Virus record (IMG/VR): IMGVR_UViG_3300033463_000060
Direction: 5' to 3' (one strand)
Length of the DNA stretch: 64,000 nucleotides
Origin: an uncultured virus (IMG/VR IMGVR_UViG_3300033463_000060)
Taxonomy: Duplodnaviria > Heunggongvirae > Uroviricota > Caudoviricetes
Shown: piece after piece, positions 59,840-64,000 of the stretch
How positions within the stretch are numbered: the first letter of the stretch is position 1
Layout: the number at the start of each line of letters is the position of its first letter
Notes under the pieces: model-generated
What the model was told of the DNA's origin: nothing
Database searches by the model: none
Seen by the model: the letters and a program-made list of their open reading frames with translations, nothing else
Translations under genes and position numbers: made by a program

Positions 59840-60775
59840 ATGTCACGCAAACGTAACCCTTATTTGCCGCTTTACACACGCGACATTATGTCATCTCCGC
59901 GCTGTCGTGCGCTGAGTTGTCAGGCTACGGGCATCTACCTCTGGCTGCTGTGCAGGCTCAACGAGCCTCCGCAGCCGGGGGCTTTTCGGCTTTCCTACTG
60001 GGAGGCGCACCCAACATGGAAGCGTTCGCTCACCCAACAATGTCTTGCAGAACCCTCTAAATACAAGCGTTTGCAGTACTTTGCACGTTACCTGGCAAAG
60101 AACGATTTGCCGTGGGATCGTAAGGAGGTATTGGACGGTCTGCAGGAGCTCTACCGCATGGGTATTGTGGTGGTCGAGGGCGACATGCTGGTGCAGCCTC
60201 GCATGTATAAAGATAATGGTTTTGAGTTGCCCGATCTCGATAACGACGGCGACCCAGAAGGTACTATTTTGGACGACGCCGCCAGCGGCTCGATGGCTGT
60301 TAAAGACGGAGAAAAATTAAGTGCAGAAAAAGGTGCAGAAAAAGGTACCGAAAAAGGTACATTAAAACGTACCAAAAAAGTACAAAGAAAAGCACCTGTT
60401 TCTCACGCGGGCGCGTCACACGCTGAGATTGAGATTGAGAATAATAATAATAGTATAGTAGTAGAAGATAGTAAGAAGCGGAAAACGCAGAAATTCACCC
60501 CGCCTACGCTCGAAGAGGTGCAGGCTTACTGTCAAGAAAAGCAATACACCTTCGATGCGGTGATGTTCTGGAACCACTACGAGGCTAACGGCTGGGTGCA
60601 GGGCAAGGGCAAGCCTATTAAGTCGTGGCGGGCTTGCTGTGCCACTTGGCAGCAGCGGGAGGTAGAATTTACCCACCCGTCACCTAAAAGCCCGTCAGCG
60701 GGCGCGAAAATGCGTCCTGGGGCATCTGTACCGCTTACCGATGTTAAACCCGATAAATATAAAGATAAATGGTGA
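59840..60775 (+). CDS. Phage replication initiator (lambda O/YdaU-like)
   Basis: PYLPLYTRD..LS..ATGIYLWLLC N-terminus; FTPPTLEEV..FWNHYEANGW C-terminus; internal 12-bp repeats. Confidence 0.7.
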   Translation: MSRKRNPYLPLYTRDIMSSPRCRALSCQATGIYLWLLCRLNEPPQPGAFRLSYWEAHPTWKRSLTQQCLAEPSKYKRLQYFARYLAKNDLPWDRKEVLDGLQELYRMGIVVVEGDMLVQPRMYKDNGFELPDLDNDGDPEGTILDDAASGSMAVKDGEKLSAEKGAEKGTEKGTLKRTKKVQRKAPVSHAGASHAEIEIENNNNSIVVEDSKKRKTQKFTPPTLEEVQAYCQEKQYTFDAVMFWNHYEANGWVQGKGKPIKSWRACCATWQQREVEFTHPSPKSPSAGAKMRPGASVPLTDVKPDKYKDKW

Positions 60776-61395
60776 AGCAACCTATTGAGATAGCGAAGAT
60801 GCTGGGTCGCAAGGCTACTGACATGGTGCGCCGCGACGAGCGCGTGCATATCGCCCTGCCCAATGCCCGCCAGTTGCTGCTGGAGGGGTTGGCCGAATAC
60901 TTGGGCGACCAGGCCATGTGGATTGACGAGTACGAGGAGGTGGCTCGGTGGCTTAGTAATAATAATGGTAAGGGGCTGATGCTGATTGGTCGTCCCGGTC
61001 GCGGCAAGACGGTGCTCATCCACCACGTGCTGCCCCAGTTGCTCAACCGCTACTGCCGCCTGTACGTGAACTGCTACACGGCACTGGAGCTGAACGAGTA
61101 TGACATTGATGCCAAGGGCAAGGCCCATTCGCGCTACGATCAGATTCGCCGTGAGAACAAGATTATCTCTCTCGACGATATAGGCACCGAGCCCGATGCC
61201 AACGTTTTTGGCGAGCGTCACTGCTATTTCTCCGAGTTGGTGGATGAGTGTGAGCGCAAGCAGAAGTTGCTGCTCGTTTCTACCAACCTGAGCAAGCAGG
61301 AGCTGTGCGACCGCTATCAGCTGCGCACCTTCGACCGCCTCACGGCCATCACCCACCGCGTGTTCTTTGCCGAGGGCGACAGTTTCAGACGATGA
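60769..61395 (+). CDS. DnaC/IstB-like AAA+ helicase loader
   Basis: GRPGRGKT, LDDIGTE, STNLS..RY..RTFDRL. Confidence 0.8.
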   Translation: MVKQPIEIAKMLGRKATDMVRRDERVHIALPNARQLLLEGLAEYLGDQAMWIDEYEEVARWLSNNNGKGLMLIGRPGRGKTVLIHHVLPQLLNRYCRLYVNCYTALELNEYDIDAKGKAHSRYDQIRRENKIISLDDIGTEPDANVFGERHCYFSELVDECERKQKLLLVSTNLSKQELCDRYQLRTFDRLTAITHRVFFAEGDSFRR

Positions 61396-61812
61396 CTCAC
61401 TAATAACTCACTAATAACTTAAAAACCACTTATAGACTATGATTCACTACGGCAAGAACCCACAGGGAGATTTAGAACTACGAGCCACCGACAGCGATGT
61501 GCTGGTTATCTACCGCATCATCTGTCAGGCAGGATTAGAGGAGAGGCGCACACTGCATCCCGTGAAGTCGATGATAGAGCGCGAGTTTGAGGACTTATTA
61601 AAACAAGGAGGCTGACTATGCTGCTATGTAAAGGCCGCGGTTGCCATTACCGCAAGACCTGTCGCCGCTATGTGCTGGGGCAGACCGTCAATAAGTTGCC
61701 GAAGTCTTCCGATACCAAGACCGATGGAAAGACGGACACGTGGATAGATCATTGCCACGACGCGAAGAAGTTTGAAAAGTTTAATCCTTAAATACTTTAT
61801 TACATTACAATC

Positions 61813-63081
61813 ATGCAAAACGAAATTACGATTGATGTCGCAGGGTTCCGCAAGGTCCTCGACATGGTGAAGGGCTGCGTGCCCGCAAAACCGAATCTGC
61901 CAATCCTGAGCGATGTGAAGCTGGATTGGAACAAGCAAAAGAACATGTTCACGCTGTCGGCCACGAACACCGACCAGCACATCCAGGTGGAGTGTGCCGA
62001 GCGCACGAAGACGGACGACGGCACACGGGTGGAACAGTGCGTACACATGCTGAAAGAGGACCCGAAGGAGGGTTGGCGCCCCGTATGCCTGCCCTACGCC
62101 GCCCTGCAGGAGGCGTTCAAGTTGCTGCCTGCCGCCCGTCGCTGCATGGTGACGCTGACGGAGAAGCAGGACGGCACGGTGCGCCAGATGCTCATCGACT
62201 ATCAGGACGGCAAGCTGTCGTTGCCCTTCGAGCCCGCCGACGAGTTCCCCGAGCCGCCCGCCGTGGCTCAGGACGGCACGGAGGAGCACCAGTGCCGCTT
62301 CCAGATGGCCGCTCAGGAGCTGATACCCGTGATGCGCCGCGCCAAGACCTGCACTGCCGACGATGAGTTGCGCCCCGTGATGAACTCGGTCTGTCTCGAT
62401 TGCTTCATCGACAAGATGGTGGTGGTGGCTACGAATGGCCATGTGATGATGAAGTACGTGCTGGAGACCCCAGGCTACATGCAGCAGGTGGGCTTCCCCG
62501 TCACCGCGAGCGCTTGTCTGCTCATTCCGAAGCAGGCCATGCCCAGCGTGGTGGCAGCCTTCTCCGGTGCCGACCGTCTGACCGTCAGTGCCGACACGCA
62601 GCGCATCCAGCTCTCCACCGACGGCGTGACCTTGGTGACGCGCTGTATCGAGGGCCACTATCCTAACTACGAGAGCGTCATCCCCAAGGACAGCCCCTAC
62701 CGTGTGCAGATGAGCCGCGACACGCTGAAGATGGCGCTGCGCCGCATCCAGTTGTCGGCCAGCTCGTCGTCAAACATGGCCACCTTCCGTGCCGATGCCG
62801 GAGCCTTCGTCATCTCTGCCGAGGACTACGACTTCAGCCGCGAGGGCTCCGAGCGAGTGCCCGTGCAGCAGACCGACGCTTTCCTGCCCGACGGCTTCAC
62901 TATCGGCATGAAGATCCAGAACACGCTCGAACTGCTCGACCTGCTGGACGAGGACAACATCTGCCTCTACTTCTCCGACCCCAGCCGCGCCTTCCTCTTG
63001 AAGAACGAGAGCCCGAAGGCGCAGAACGTCACCTTGCTGCAGATGCCGATGCTGGTGAATGGCGAGGGGGCGACGGAGTAG
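61813..63081 (+). CDS. dnaN: DNA polymerase III beta clamp
   Basis: LPILS, SATN, DELRPVMNSV, VATNGH, IEGHYPNYESVIP, LQMPM. Confidence 0.9.
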   Translation: MQNEITIDVAGFRKVLDMVKGCVPAKPNLPILSDVKLDWNKQKNMFTLSATNTDQHIQVECAERTKTDDGTRVEQCVHMLKEDPKEGWRPVCLPYAALQEAFKLLPAARRCMVTLTEKQDGTVRQMLIDYQDGKLSLPFEPADEFPEPPAVAQDGTEEHQCRFQMAAQELIPVMRRAKTCTADDELRPVMNSVCLDCFIDKMVVVATNGHVMMKYVLETPGYMQQVGFPVTASACLLIPKQAMPSVVAAFSGADRLTVSADTQRIQLSTDGVTLVTRCIEGHYPNYESVIPKDSPYRVQMSRDTLKMALRRIQLSASSSSNMATFRADAGAFVISAEDYDFSREGSERVPVQQTDAFLPDGFTIGMKIQNTLELLDLLDEDNICLYFSDPSRAFLLKNESPKAQNVTLLQMPMLVNGEGATE

Positions 63082-63082
63082 T

Positions 63083-63147
63083 GACACACGGGGACTGTCC
63101 CCTGTGTGAGAAGCGAAAGCGGATTGCATGGGGACTGTCCCCTGCGT
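63083..63147. repeat. REP-like palindromes GGGGACTGTCCCC (two copies)
   Basis: CACACGGGGACTGTCCCCTGTGTG and ATGGGGACTGTCCCCTGCG. Confidence 0.7.
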
Positions 63148-63240
63148 GTCGCATCGGTCGAAAGAGCGAAATAAAGAACGAACACGAATTTCACGAATTA
63201 AACGAATTATGACGATAATGACGAAAAAAGTGACGAATTG

Positions 63241-63272
63241 TTTGGTTGTATGGATAATTATGCTTATCTTTG
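63241..63272 (+). promoter_or_regulatory. Bacteroidetes sigma-A promoter
   Basis: TTTG-N20-TATCTTTG. Confidence 0.75.
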
Positions 63273-63500
63273 CAGCGTCAAATCAAATTAGCGACACGAA
63301 GTCGCTGCTCAACCGAGGCAGCGTTTTTTGTGGCCATACATCGTTGGTAGAGAAAAGCGAACCCCTGCAAAGGGCGAACTATATTCTCGGCGGCAACCGC
63401 GTTGGGTACTGGAAACAGCCCAAGGTCTCAGCTAATTTGAACCTGACAGCGCGTAGTGCCGCCGTTCTTTTATTGTCAAACGTCAAATCAGATTAGCAAA

Positions 63501-64000
63501 ATGGAACAGGACATTATTTACAACGAGGACTGCTTGCAGGGCTTGAAGCACCTGCCTGACAACAGCGTCGATTGCTGCATCACGTCGCCGCCTTATTACG
63601 CCCTGCGTGACTATGGTGTAGAGGGTCAGATTGGTTTGGAGGAAACTCCGCAGCAGTACATCGACCGACTGACCGAGGTATTCATGGAAGTGCATCGGGT
63701 ATTGAAGCCAGAGGGCACGCTGTGGATAAACATCGGCGATAGTTACAACGGCAACAAGAAGGGCAACACCGAGACGAACAAGAACAAAAAGGTCGCCGAG
63801 ACCAGCCACTTCGAGAAGAAACTTTGGAAGGAGTGTAAGCAGAAAGACCTAATCGGCATACCTTGGATGCTGGCGTTCTCGTTACGCAATGAGGGATGGT
63901 ATCTGCGGCAGGACATCATTTGGAACAAGCCGAATGTGATGCCTGAACCAGCCACCGACCGATGCGTCAAGGCTCACGAGTATATATTCCTGCTATCAAA
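63501..64000 (+). CDS. N4-C/N6-A DNA methyltransferase (beta class), truncated by window end
   Basis: MEQDIIYNEDCLQGL..VDCCITSPPYYALRDYG..RVLKPEG..LRQDIIWNKPN. Confidence 0.9.
   Translation, partial: MEQDIIYNEDCLQGLKHLPDNSVDCCITSPPYYALRDYGVEGQIGLEETPQQYIDRLTEVFMEVHRVLKPEGTLWINIGDSYNGNKKGNTETNKNKKVAETSHFEKKLWKECKQKDLIGIPWMLAFSLRNEGWYLRQDIIWNKPNVMPEPATDRCVKAHEYIFLLS

Noticed and set aside
63128..63496. 122-aa ORF before the methyltransferase
   Set aside because: It spans palindromic repeats, a promoter and the structured leader; more likely non-coding
1..64000. Diversity-generating retroelement, retron or stop-codon recoding
   Set aside because: No reverse transcriptase motif or TR/VR pair was seen; genes are intact in code 11 and several end in TAG

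Overview
The window is a contiguous stretch of a temperate Bacteroidales (Prevotella-like) phage genome, with Bacteroidetes TAnnTTTG promoters throughout. It appears to be the excised or circular form, because an attP (3' half of tRNA-His) sits next to the integrase with phage genes on both sides. From left to right it contains: small regulators and a type V pilin-like lipoprotein; terminase and a divergent portal operon; an unexplained Cys-rich 8-gene cassette; holin-like genes; three glycosyltransferase genes directly behind the protease/capsid/tube genes; a non-coding strand-switch region; an early region with a 1457-aa polyvalent protein; endolysin; a truncated membrane-anchored NAD-dependent ligase; a plasmid-type ParA/RHH/iteron/Rep module; integrase-attP-CI; a long run of small accessory genes; a second O/DnaC-type replication module; a beta clamp; and a DNA methyltransferase. 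The main observations are: (1) a candidate virion-glycosylation system (Stealth, GT92-like, GT11 fucosyltransferase and DUF4422 domains; capsid and tube both end in SSSE); (2) a phage-specific late promoter TGTCCG-N20-TAnnTTTG found seven times; (3) candidate antisense sRNA modules against a conserved early-gene leader motif; (4) both integrative and plasmid maintenance modules; (5) two structured RNA switches. All protein calls come from motif recognition by eye; no database searches were run.
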